64,000 nt of DNA, taken from contig CAVUDW010000002.1 of NCBI GenBank assembly GCA_963740355.1, positions 2,080,001 to 2,144,000 of the forward strand, in the 5' to 3' direction. A model generated the notes under the pieces. The model had not been told where the DNA came from and did not search any database. It saw nothing but the letters and a program-made list of their open reading frames with translations. The DNA comes from an uncultured Gemmatimonadaceae bacterium. GTDB taxonomy: Bacteria > Gemmatimonadota > Gemmatimonadetes > Gemmatimonadales > Gemmatimonadaceae. Below are positions 48,862 through 57,431 of the stretch, piece by piece (position 1 is the first letter of the stretch; every line of letters starts with the position of its first letter). The position numbers and the translations under genes are program-made.

Positions 48862-50151
48862 ATGGCTGAGCACGTACATGACACAGGCTGCGCGGAATAC
48901 AATTCGCTGACGCGACGGGCGTTCGTTGGTGTGGCGGCCGGTGTGGCTGCCGCGGCCACGATGCCGGCATGGTTGCCGAAGGTGGTGCTGGCGCAAAGCG
49001 CCAGCAGTCGCGACATCATCGTCTCGGTCTTCCTGCGCGGTGGCGCAGACGGCCTCTCGATGGTGTATCCGTTCACCGACACGAACTACTACACCGGACG
49101 GCCGACGATCGCGATTCCGCGTCCGGACAGCACCGCTGCCAATCGCGGCACGGCGTTGAACGGCCAGTTCGCGATCTCGAACGCCATGAGTTCCCTGGTG
49201 CCTGCCTTCACGGCCGGCAACCTGCTGGTCGTGCATGGCACCGGCCTGGTGGACAACACCCGGTCGCACTTCGATGCGCAGCGCTTCATTGAAGTCGGCA
49301 AGGCGCGTGACCCGAACCTCGTCACCGGGTGGCTTGGCCGTCACCTCGCGACCTCCACACCGATGCGCAGCAATGCGCCGCTGCGTGCACTCGGCTTGTC
49401 GCAGGGCATGCCGCGCACCCTCGTTGGTGCGCCGAAGTCGCTGCCCATTCCAAACCCGGGTGGCTTCGGCCTTGGCGGCAGCACCACCACCCGCGCCGAA
49501 CGGTCGGCGTGGTTGCGGGCCGACTACGAAACCGTAGACACCTCCATCGGTGCGCCGGCTCTGGACGCGTTGAACACGGTGTCGCTGTTGAACGCGATCA
49601 ACTTCAACAGCTACGCGCCATCGGGTGGAGCAGTGTATCCGACGTCCAGCTTCGGTCGCGGCATGAAGTCGGCTGCGGCACTGATCAAAGCCGACATCGG
49701 CATCGAGGCGATCCAGCTCGACGTCGGTGGGTGGGACACCCACTCGGCGCAGCAGCCGCAGGCCGGCAGCATGGCGCGCACGATGCAGGATCTGGCGTTG
49801 TCGCTGGCCGCATTCCATGCCGATGCACTGACTGGCGGCGTGACGTACAACGTGACGGTGGTCGTGCTCTCCGAGTTCGGACGCAACGTGCGCGAAAACG
49901 GAAGCCAGGGCACCGACCATGGTCGTGGCTCCTGCATGTTCGTGATGGGCCCCGGTATCGCCGGTGGTCGCGTGCTCACCAACAACTGGGTGCCGCTGGC
50001 GCGCGAAAACCTCGAGTCGCAGCAGGATCTCAAGGTGACGATCGACCATCGCGACATCCTCTCCGAGATCGTCTCGCGACGGCTGGGCAACACCAACCTC
50101 GATGTGATCTTCCCGTCGTATGTGCCGACGGTGCGCGGAGTCACGCTATGA
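48862..50151 (+). CDS. DUF1501 family protein with twin-arginine signal
   Basis: TRRAFV; FLRGGADGL, RSHFDAQ, GGWDTH, SEFGR...NGSQGTDHG. Confidence 0.92.
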   Translation: MAEHVHDTGCAEYNSLTRRAFVGVAAGVAAAATMPAWLPKVVLAQSASSRDIIVSVFLRGGADGLSMVYPFTDTNYYTGRPTIAIPRPDSTAANRGTALNGQFAISNAMSSLVPAFTAGNLLVVHGTGLVDNTRSHFDAQRFIEVGKARDPNLVTGWLGRHLATSTPMRSNAPLRALGLSQGMPRTLVGAPKSLPIPNPGGFGLGGSTTTRAERSAWLRADYETVDTSIGAPALDALNTVSLLNAINFNSYAPSGGAVYPTSSFGRGMKSAAALIKADIGIEAIQLDVGGWDTHSAQQPQAGSMARTMQDLALSLAAFHADALTGGVTYNVTVVVLSEFGRNVRENGSQGTDHGRGSCMFVMGPGIAGGRVLTNNWVPLARENLESQQDLKVTIDHRDILSEIVSRRLGNTNLDVIFPSYVPTVRGVTL

Positions 50152-50762
50152 TCGCGCGGAAGCAGTTCAGCGCCGCGGCGCTCGGCGTGATGCTGCTGCT
50201 CGCCGGCTGCGGCGGTGATGCGGGCGACGGTGGGCCGACCGGCCTGCCGAAGCCCGCCAATGTGCGGATCATCGCGCCGGCCACCGAGTTGTTCGTCGGG
50301 CAGTCGGTGCAGATGTCAGCCACAGCCGTCGACGCGGGTGGCGCTGACCTCGCCGCCGGCGACCCGTCCTGGACGTCCACGAACTCCGCCGTCGCGCAGA
50401 TCAGCGAGACCGGCCTGCTGATTGCGATGGCGCCAGGGAGTGCAACGCTGCGCGCCACCATCGCCGGCAAGAGTGCCAGCATGGGTGTCACCGTTGAAGA
50501 CTTGCCTGGGTACGATGTGACCGTGAACGTGACCGGCCAGTTCGCGCCGGCAACGGTCTCGGTGCGTCAAGGTGGCACGGTTCGCTTCGTGTTCTCCGGC
50601 ATCAACCAGAATGTCACGTTCAGCACGGCGTTCCCTGGGGCACCGGCGAACATCCCGAATACCACCACCGGCACCGTGAATCGTCAGTTCGGTACGGTGG
50701 GCGACTTCCGGTATGAATCAACCGTCAGCGTCGGTCTGGCTGGGCTGGTGCGCGTCCGATAG
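50148..50762 (+). CDS. lipoprotein with Ig-like (Big_2) and cupredoxin-like domains
   Basis: Lipobox LAGC; WTSTNSAVAQI..G Big_2 pattern; FAPATVSVRQGGTVRF cupredoxin pattern; ATGA overlap with DUF1501. Confidence 0.75.
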   Translation: MIARKQFSAAALGVMLLLAGCGGDAGDGGPTGLPKPANVRIIAPATELFVGQSVQMSATAVDAGGADLAAGDPSWTSTNSAVAQISETGLLIAMAPGSATLRATIAGKSASMGVTVEDLPGYDVTVNVTGQFAPATVSVRQGGTVRFVFSGINQNVTFSTAFPGAPANIPNTTTGTVNRQFGTVGDFRYESTVSVGLAGLVRVR

Positions 50763-50972
50763 CCGTAGCGGGACGGCTGTCACCCATGAGGCAGTCGCAT
50801 TCGTTACGGTCGTACACTCTGTGTTCCTTGCGCGCGCAGGGGACACAGGGTGCGGTGCCGGTTCGGGAGGACCACTCAGTCGGCTGCCGATGTAGTGTCG
50901 ATGTTCACGCAGATTGTTGCGGCGGTATCGCCTCGCGCGATGGATAGCTCATCGTCGCTGAAACTGGATCAC

Positions 50973-51023
50973 AACGAAATCGCGCCGGCACCCCGAACAA
51001 TCGGAATGCCGGCGCGGTTCGTT
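50973..51023. terminator. hairpin between convergent operons
   Basis: AACGAAATCGCGCCGGCA...TGCCGGCGCGGTTCGTT. Confidence 0.65.
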
Positions 51024-51039
51024 TCTGGCGCGTCCAGTG

Positions 51040-51552
51040 TTACGGCGCGCGTGCCACCTGACCGCGGATTTCGCCGGCTGTGAACGTCGACGAATGCACG
51101 TCCACATACACCCGCCCGGCTCGCATCAGCGCCTTCACTGAGTCCATCGCCAGGCGCGGAGTCCCGCGCACCCACGTCGGCGAGATGTCGCCGATGCTGA
51201 TCACGCCGTCCAGCGCCACACTCGGCGCCTGCGCAGCATTGCCATTCACGGGCAGCAACCACACCAGTGTGGTGCCATTGGCGCCCGCCGCCGCCGAGTG
51301 CAGATGTGCCTGTGTCACGCCGGTCATGTTCGTCACCGACAGCGAGTAGCTGAGCGTCGAGTCGGTCATGGCCTCGAAGCTGATGCTGCCTGTCACTGTG
51401 GATGTGGTGGCCGGTACGACACTCGAACCCGCCAGCGTGGCCGTGAAGCGCTCAGGAGCCGGACCCAGTCCGCCGTCGGCAGCAGCGCCGCCGCCGCAAC
51501 CGGCGAGCGAGAGCAGGGCAAGGGCCGGCAGGGTCGTTCGCGAACGGAGCAT
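51040..51552 (-). CDS. CHRD-domain lipoprotein
   Basis: Lipobox LAGC; FTATLAG, QAHLH, YVDVHS...GEIRGQ; GAAGGAAGG RBS. Confidence 0.88.
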   Translation of the reverse strand: MLRSRTTLPALALLSLAGCGGGAAADGGLGPAPERFTATLAGSSVVPATTSTVTGSISFEAMTDSTLSYSLSVTNMTGVTQAHLHSAAAGANGTTLVWLLPVNGNAAQAPSVALDGVISIGDISPTWVRGTPRLAMDSVKALMRAGRVYVDVHSSTFTAGEIRGQVARAP

Positions 51553-51855
51553 GTCTGTCCTTCCTTCGTCGGAATGGCCGATGTGGTGACGGGTGGTCGC
51601 GCGTGAAGTCGCGCGGCGTCACCTCCGGAATCGTCGGGTCACGGTTCGCAGCTGCAATCCGCTACCACTCCCCGACGAGCATCACCCGGGCGCGTCACAC
51701 CGACGCGCCGTTGCATGGCTCAGGCTTGCACACTCCGTGCCCTACCAGCGCGATTTCTGCCGGTCGGTAGTACCAACACCGGCATTCTGCCGCAAGACTC
51801 GCCATCTTTCCTTTCCGTACTTCGCTCCGCCTCAACGCTCGCTCCCGACCATCGT

Positions 51856-52182
51856 ATGTGCCCCGCCCACGAGCAGTCCAATCCGATGCACGGCGTGACA
51901 CTCGAGCGCATCCTCACGGAGCTCGTCGCACACTACGGATTCTTTGCGATGAGCCAGCGGATCGACATCCGTTGCTTCAGCAGTGATCCGAGCATCGCGT
52001 CGAGCCTGAAGTTCCTGCGCCGGACGCCGTGGGCTCGCGAAAAGGTGGAGCGCATGTACCGCGACCTGCTGCGCGTGAAGGCGCGCGCGGCCGCGGCCGC
52101 GCCGGCGCCGGTGTCGTCGGCAGAGGCGGACGCCGGTCACGCTGAACTCGAGACGCCGCTCCCGCAGGAAGAAACGCCGTAG
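51856..52182 (+). CDS. VF530/DUF2132 family small DNA-binding protein
   Basis: NPMHGVTLE.IL..LV..YG, IRCF..DPSI.SSLKFLRRTPWAREKVE; start uncertain. Confidence 0.87.
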   Translation: MCPAHEQSNPMHGVTLERILTELVAHYGFFAMSQRIDIRCFSSDPSIASSLKFLRRTPWAREKVERMYRDLLRVKARAAAAAPAPVSSAEADAGHAELETPLPQEETP

Positions 52183-52214
52183 CGGATACCCGCGGACGGT
52201 CTCGATCGTCCGGA

Positions 52215-53276
52215 GTGTTGGTGCCTCCATGCATCGCTGCACTCACTCCAGCCCGTGTACTCGTGCTCCGCCTGCTCCGATCGAATCGCCTTCGCATCCT
52301 GGCCCTGGCGACCGCCGTGCCATCACTGCTGGCGGCGCAGACGATCGTGCGCTGGGCTGACCTCTCGTCAACGCAACTCGCGCGCCTCGATCGGGCGCAC
52401 ACCGCGGTCATCATTCCCGCCGGCATCGTGGAGGAGCACGGTGCATTGATGCCAAGTGGCGCCGAGTTGATCCACAACGAACGCCTCACGGCAGACCTGG
52501 CTGCGGCCATCGCGGCACGACCGGAATGGACCGTGCTGCTGCTGCCGACGATCCCACTCGGCAGCGGTGCCTTCGATCGGCGTGCAGGTCGTGTTGGCTA
52601 CGGCGGCACCTTGTCGGTCCGTGCATCGACCGTGCAGGCGGTGTTCACGGACCTGGCGGAAAATCTCGGACAACAGGGCTTCCGGAACATCTTCATCGTG
52701 AACGGTCATGCCGACGCCAACCACGATCGTGCGCTCGATCTGGCCGGCGATTTCTTCGCGGCGTCGTATCGCGGATTCATGGTGCACCTGCTTGGTCGGA
52801 ATGGGTGCCAGGCTGACGGCCTCGAGACGCCGCCGATTGCGCTCTTCAACGCCACCGCAATGACCGCCGATACCGATTCGCCGCACGCCGGTGCGCTCGA
52901 GACGTCGCGATTCTGGTGGCTGCGGCCGGATCTCGTCGACTCCAACGCGGTGCGCAGCGCGATCGACGCTCCTGCCAAGGGGTCGCCCGAGTGGGCGCGC
53001 ATCGCACAGCGCAGCGACTGGCCCGGCTATATCGGTGCCCCGCGTTTCGCGTCGCTCGAACTCGGCCAGTTCCTCTACGAATCCGAACGTCGCAACTGCA
53101 CTGAACTCGCCCTCCGCCTGCTGGACGGCCTCGATGAGCGCATGGTCGGGCGCCACGGTGACAAGATGCGCGCCTACCCCGACGTGAAGCTCCTGCTCGA
53201 CGCGCAGGAGAAGCAGGAGGCGGACGAGGCGTTGCGCCAGAAGCGCGCCCTCGCGCGGCTACCCATGCGGCCCTAG
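52215..53276 (+). CDS. creatininase-family amidohydrolase, possibly exported
   Basis: PAGIVEEHG, IVNGH, HAGALETS; hydrophobic N-terminus; start uncertain. Confidence 0.8.
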   Translation: MLVPPCIAALTPARVLVLRLLRSNRLRILALATAVPSLLAAQTIVRWADLSSTQLARLDRAHTAVIIPAGIVEEHGALMPSGAELIHNERLTADLAAAIAARPEWTVLLLPTIPLGSGAFDRRAGRVGYGGTLSVRASTVQAVFTDLAENLGQQGFRNIFIVNGHADANHDRALDLAGDFFAASYRGFMVHLLGRNGCQADGLETPPIALFNATAMTADTDSPHAGALETSRFWWLRPDLVDSNAVRSAIDAPAKGSPEWARIAQRSDWPGYIGAPRFASLELGQFLYESERRNCTELALRLLDGLDERMVGRHGDKMRAYPDVKLLLDAQEKQEADEALRQKRALARLPMRP

Positions 53277-53412
53277 GCGGCCCGCCGGCATCCTCGGGCG
53301 GTTCGGGGCTTTGGCAATGGACTAGCTTGCATCCTCGACGCGCACCGCCACTGGGGTGCGCCAAGCTGCCGCGTCCCAGGCCGGCCGCATCACCGAAGCG
53401 GAGGGTACGCGG

Positions 53413-53604
53413 TTGGCGAAGAAGCCCAATTACGATTTCGAAAAGCGCCGGAAGGAACTCGAGCGCAAGCAGAAGAAGGACGCCAAGCGCGATGAGCGTC
53501 TCCAGCGCAAGCGCAACGGTGGCCCGGATGAAGGCGACGGGGTCGACGGTGAGACTGCCGATGCCGATGCTGCCGACGACACCGAGCCGCCCGCAGTCGC
53601 CTGA
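53413..53604 (+). CDS. small protein with basic N-terminus and acidic tail
   Basis: MAKKPNYDFEKRRKELERKQKK...; GAGGG RBS before TTG. Confidence 0.75.
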   Translation: MAKKPNYDFEKRRKELERKQKKDAKRDERLQRKRNGGPDEGDGVDGETADADAADDTEPPAVA

Positions 53605-53719
53605 TCTGAGATTCCGCCGCGCGCACGACCGCGCGGCACCGCGCCGATGACACCAAACTGGCGGGGCAGGGAGTTCGCGCCGGTCCTGCGCCGTCTGAAC
53701 CCCCAACGCACGCCCCGTC

Positions 53720-54958
53720 ATGCCATCACGCTCGTGGGTTCGCTCGATTGGTTTCGCCGCGCTCGGCGCTGCGCTCTCTCTGCCGTCGGCAGCGACCGCG
53801 CAACGCGCCACGGCCACGCAGAAGCCGTATTTCCCCGACGCCGGCACCTGGGAGCACCGCAGCGCGTCGCAAGTCGGCATCGATTCGACTCGACTGGCGG
53901 CGGCCATCGCCTTCGCCGTCGCGAACGAGGTGAAGAACCCGCGCAGCATGGAGGAAAATCACTACCGCACCTTCGGTCGTGAGCCATACGGCGGCGGCGT
54001 CGGTCCGTTCAAGGATCGTGGCGACCCGACCGGCGTGATCCTGCGCCACGGCTACATCGTGGCCGAGTGGGGCGATCCAGATCGCGTCGACATGACGCAC
54101 AGTGTGACGAAGAGCTTCCTCTCGTCGGTGGTCGGCCTCGCATATGATCGCCGCATGATCCGGAGCCTGAACGACTCGGTGTTCCGCGCGGTCGGTCCGG
54201 TGCCCGCGCTTCCCGATGGCCCGGGGACTTCCAACGTCACGCTGCTCGACCTGTTCAACACGCCGCACAACCGCAGCATCACCTGGGACAGCATGCTCCG
54301 TCAGGTGAGCGACTGGGAAGGCACGTTGTGGGGGAAGCCGGAGTGGGCCGATCGCCCCACCGGTGATCCGAACACCTGGCGCACGCGCCCACGCAACGCT
54401 CCTGGCAGCGTGTACGAGTACAACGATGTGCGCGTCAATGCGCTGGCGCTGGCCACCATGGAAGTCTGGCGGCGTCCGCTTCCGACCGTCCTGCGTGAGT
54501 ACATCATGGAGCCCATCGGTGCATCCACCACCTGGCAGTGGATGGGGTATTCCACGTCATGGGTGCTGATGGATGGGCAGGCCGTGCAATCCGTGTCGGG
54601 CGGTGGGCACTGGGGTGGTGGCCTGTTCATCAATGCACACGACATGGCGCGCTTCGGCTACCTCACCCTGCGTCGCGGCAAGTGGAAGGATCGTCAGCTG
54701 CTGTCGGAGGACTGGGTGAAGATGGCGCTCACGCCGACACCGGCGCAGCCGACGTATGGCTTCATGAACTGGTTCCTCAACACCGATCGAAAGTTCGTGC
54801 CCTCCGCGCCGGCGTCGGTCTTCGTGCACGTCGGCAACGGCACGAACGTCATCATCGTCGATCCTGAGCACGATGTCGTCGCGGTCGTCCGCTGGATCGA
54901 GAACGGCGCGCTGGACGGATTCGTGCAGCGGCTGATGGCCGCACTGCCGGAGCGCTGA
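53720..54958 (+). CDS. exported serine hydrolase (beta-lactamase/S12 family)
   Basis: Signal peptide; HSVTKS (SxxK), YEYN, HDMARFG. Confidence 0.88.
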   Translation: MPSRSWVRSIGFAALGAALSLPSAATAQRATATQKPYFPDAGTWEHRSASQVGIDSTRLAAAIAFAVANEVKNPRSMEENHYRTFGREPYGGGVGPFKDRGDPTGVILRHGYIVAEWGDPDRVDMTHSVTKSFLSSVVGLAYDRRMIRSLNDSVFRAVGPVPALPDGPGTSNVTLLDLFNTPHNRSITWDSMLRQVSDWEGTLWGKPEWADRPTGDPNTWRTRPRNAPGSVYEYNDVRVNALALATMEVWRRPLPTVLREYIMEPIGASTTWQWMGYSTSWVLMDGQAVQSVSGGGHWGGGLFINAHDMARFGYLTLRRGKWKDRQLLSEDWVKMALTPTPAQPTYGFMNWFLNTDRKFVPSAPASVFVHVGNGTNVIIVDPEHDVVAVVRWIENGALDGFVQRLMAALPER

Positions 54959-54961
54959 ACA

Positions 54962-55399
54962 GTGGATGCGCGTATCCGAGAAGGGTTCGCGCGCCAGGCG
55001 TTCATGGCGACCCTCGGCGCCACGCTCGAACGTGCCGAGCCGGGTGAGGTCGAAATCCGGCTCCCCTGTACCGCCGCACTGACGCAGCACACCGGCGTCG
55101 TGCACGCGGGCGCCGTGACTGCGATCGTCGATTCCGCCTGCGGCTTCGCTGCCCTCACCATGATGACCGAGGGACGCGAGGTCGTGAGCGTCGAGTTCAA
55201 GCTCAACCTGCTCGCGCCGGCCGTCGGTGAATACCTCCGCGCCGTGGGCCGTGTGGTGCGCGCCGGCCGCACGCTGACGGTGTGCACTGGCGAGGTCTGG
55301 GCCGTCACTGGTGACACGTCCCGCATCGTGGCGCTCATGCAAGCGACCATGATGTCCGTTGAGGGAAGCGGACCGCCCGGACTGGCGACGAACCAATAG
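54962..55399 (+). CDS. PaaI family thioesterase
   Basis: QHTGVVHAG...DSACG, VEFKLNLL. Confidence 0.9.
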   Translation: MDARIREGFARQAFMATLGATLERAEPGEVEIRLPCTAALTQHTGVVHAGAVTAIVDSACGFAALTMMTEGREVVSVEFKLNLLAPAVGEYLRAVGRVVRAGRTLTVCTGEVWAVTGDTSRIVALMQATMMSVEGSGPPGLATNQ

Positions 55400-55472
55400 G
55401 ACTGTTCAGTCTATCCGTGCATTATTAGGGAGCATTAAGAAACCTGATTGGCGATTTCTACGCACTTGCCGC

Positions 55473-55502
55473 TTGCCTCGAATCACCAGTCGACGTTAGT
55501 GT
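55473..55502 (+). promoter_or_regulatory. putative sigma70-type promoter
   Basis: TTGCCT-N18-TAGTGT in an AT-rich patch, 6 nt before GTG 55509. Confidence 0.4.
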
Positions 55503-55508
55503 GACTGC

Positions 55509-55940
55509 GTGAATTCGCCCCAGCTGCACGCCGCTCCGATCACGTTCACCACCGATGCCGCCGCCCGACGTCGCCTCACGACGTTTCGCGGTGCCATTGG
55601 AGACCGCGACTTGCTCGATGCATACGAGTCGCTGCTGAGCGACCCGAATTACGATGCGTCGCTCGACGACCTGATCGATCTCTCCGGCGTCACGCACATG
55701 GGTGTCACCAGCGCCGGACTGCATCGCTTGATCGCGGCGTACGATGAACGCGAGTCGGATGGGTATCGCACCCGCGCGGCACTGGTCGCACCGACCGATG
55801 TGCTGTACGGAGTCTCGCGCATGTTCCAGACGCTGCGTGGCGACGACAAGCCAGACGAGATCGAGGTCTTTCGAAACTACGACGAAGCGCTGGCCTGGCT
55901 CGAGCGTCGAGATATCGCCGCGTCATCCTCGGCGGCCTGA
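55509..55940 (+). CDS. STAS/SEC14 (SpoIIAA-like) small protein
   Basis: LIDLSGV, ALVAP...YGVSRMF, VFRNYDEALAWL pattern. Confidence 0.7.
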   Translation: MNSPQLHAAPITFTTDAAARRRLTTFRGAIGDRDLLDAYESLLSDPNYDASLDDLIDLSGVTHMGVTSAGLHRLIAAYDERESDGYRTRAALVAPTDVLYGVSRMFQTLRGDDKPDEIEVFRNYDEALAWLERRDIAASSSAA

Positions 55941-55959
55941 GACACACGCGGCACCAGCG

Positions 55960-57231
55960 TCAGCTCGGACTCTCGCTGCGCTGTCGACGGAAATGCCGCG
56001 CTGCGAGGTACAACGACACCGACTGCAACGCAGCGCAGAAGTAGAACGGCGCGCCGATGCGCCAGTCACCCTTCGGCAGGTGTGACACCATGCCGAGCAG
56101 CGGTGCACCGAACATCGGCGCCAGCACCGCCATCAGGCTGCCAAGCGACGCCACTGCGCCAAGCGTGCGTCCCTGCGTGCTGGGGTCCGCCGCGGACGAG
56201 ATGAGGCTCTGGATCGAGGCACCGACCGTGAAGCCGAGGATGTTCACGAACACGATCGCGTACATCATCCAGCCCTCGGTGGCGAGCCCGTACATCAGGT
56301 TCGCGGCGGTCGCCGACACGAGGCCCCACACCACCAGCTTCTCGGCGCTGAATCGCTTCAGCAATCGGCCCAGCAGGAACCCCTGCACGATCACGGAAAC
56401 GACACCGACGGCCGCCAGTGACCAGCCGTTCTGCATCGGGCCCCAGCCGAACTTGAACGTCGTGTACAGCACCCACGACGAAAACAGGATGTACTGCGCC
56501 AATACCGTGCAGGCGACCACCGAGATCAGCGGGCCGACCTTTCCAAGGTTGGTGAGTGTGGCGAACGACGCGAACGGGCTGGTCGTGCGCCACGCGATGT
56601 CGCGACGCTTTTCAGGCGGCAATGACTCGGGCAGCACGAAGTAGCCGTACAACAGGTTGAGGACCGCCAACCCACCGGCCACGAAGAACGGCAGGCGCAG
56701 GTTGATGGCCCCGAGGAGTCCGCCTGCCACAGGGCCGATGATGAACCCGACGCCGAACATTGCCCCCAGCATCCCGAATCGTTTGGCCCGCTCTTCAGGC
56801 GGCGTGATATCCGCCACGTACGCGTTGCAGACCGCCGCATTCGCCTGCATCGCACCGCCGATCAGGCGCGCCACGATCAGCATCCAGAGCGCGGTGGCCA
56901 GCGCCGTGGCGAAGAACGTCACGGCCAGCCCGCAAAACCCCATCAGCAGCACCGGCCGACGGCCGTACTTGTCCGAGAGCGCCCCGATCACCGGCGCACC
57001 GAAGAAGTTCGCGAAGCCGAACGCCGTGCTCACCGCACCGTACCACCACGCCTGATCACTCTGCGAGGTGGTGAAGCTGCCGACGATCGATGGCAGCACG
57101 GGCACGATCAGGCCGATCGCCGCCATGTCGATCAGGACGGTCAGCATGATGAACGGCATCGCCGCCTTCCGATCCTGCCCCGCCGGTGGGGTGCTCTCGG
57201 AGACGACGTCCAGCACGGCGCCTTCACTCAT
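55960..57231 (-). CDS. TCR/Tet family MFS transporter
   Basis: GALSDKYGRRPVLL motif A, AYVADIT, GFIIGPVAGG motif C, LPES. Confidence 0.9.
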   Translation of the reverse strand: MSEGAVLDVVSESTPPAGQDRKAAMPFIMLTVLIDMAAIGLIVPVLPSIVGSFTTSQSDQAWWYGAVSTAFGFANFFGAPVIGALSDKYGRRPVLLMGFCGLAVTFFATALATALWMLIVARLIGGAMQANAAVCNAYVADITPPEERAKRFGMLGAMFGVGFIIGPVAGGLLGAINLRLPFFVAGGLAVLNLLYGYFVLPESLPPEKRRDIAWRTTSPFASFATLTNLGKVGPLISVVACTVLAQYILFSSWVLYTTFKFGWGPMQNGWSLAAVGVVSVIVQGFLLGRLLKRFSAEKLVVWGLVSATAANLMYGLATEGWMMYAIVFVNILGFTVGASIQSLISSAADPSTQGRTLGAVASLGSLMAVLAPMFGAPLLGMVSHLPKGDWRIGAPFYFCAALQSVSLYLAARHFRRQRSESPS

Positions 57232-57431
57232 ACGACGGGTGATCCGGAAACAGGGGTCGGCATGCAGGCACTCTACCGACCCCGGCACGGAAACCGAAGC
57301 CCGGGCGCCCGAACGTGGTGACTAGGACCGGCGGTCCGGTGGTGGGCATCTGTACCCGAACGCATTTTGCCTCCGCGCCGTACACAGCCGGGCCCACCAC
57401 CCGCCCGCCTGACCCCTCCACGCACCCGCCG

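Noticed and set aside
55960..57231. Acquired tetracycline resistance gene
   Set aside because: TetA-like MFS motifs only; no tetR or mobile context, so substrate cannot be assigned.
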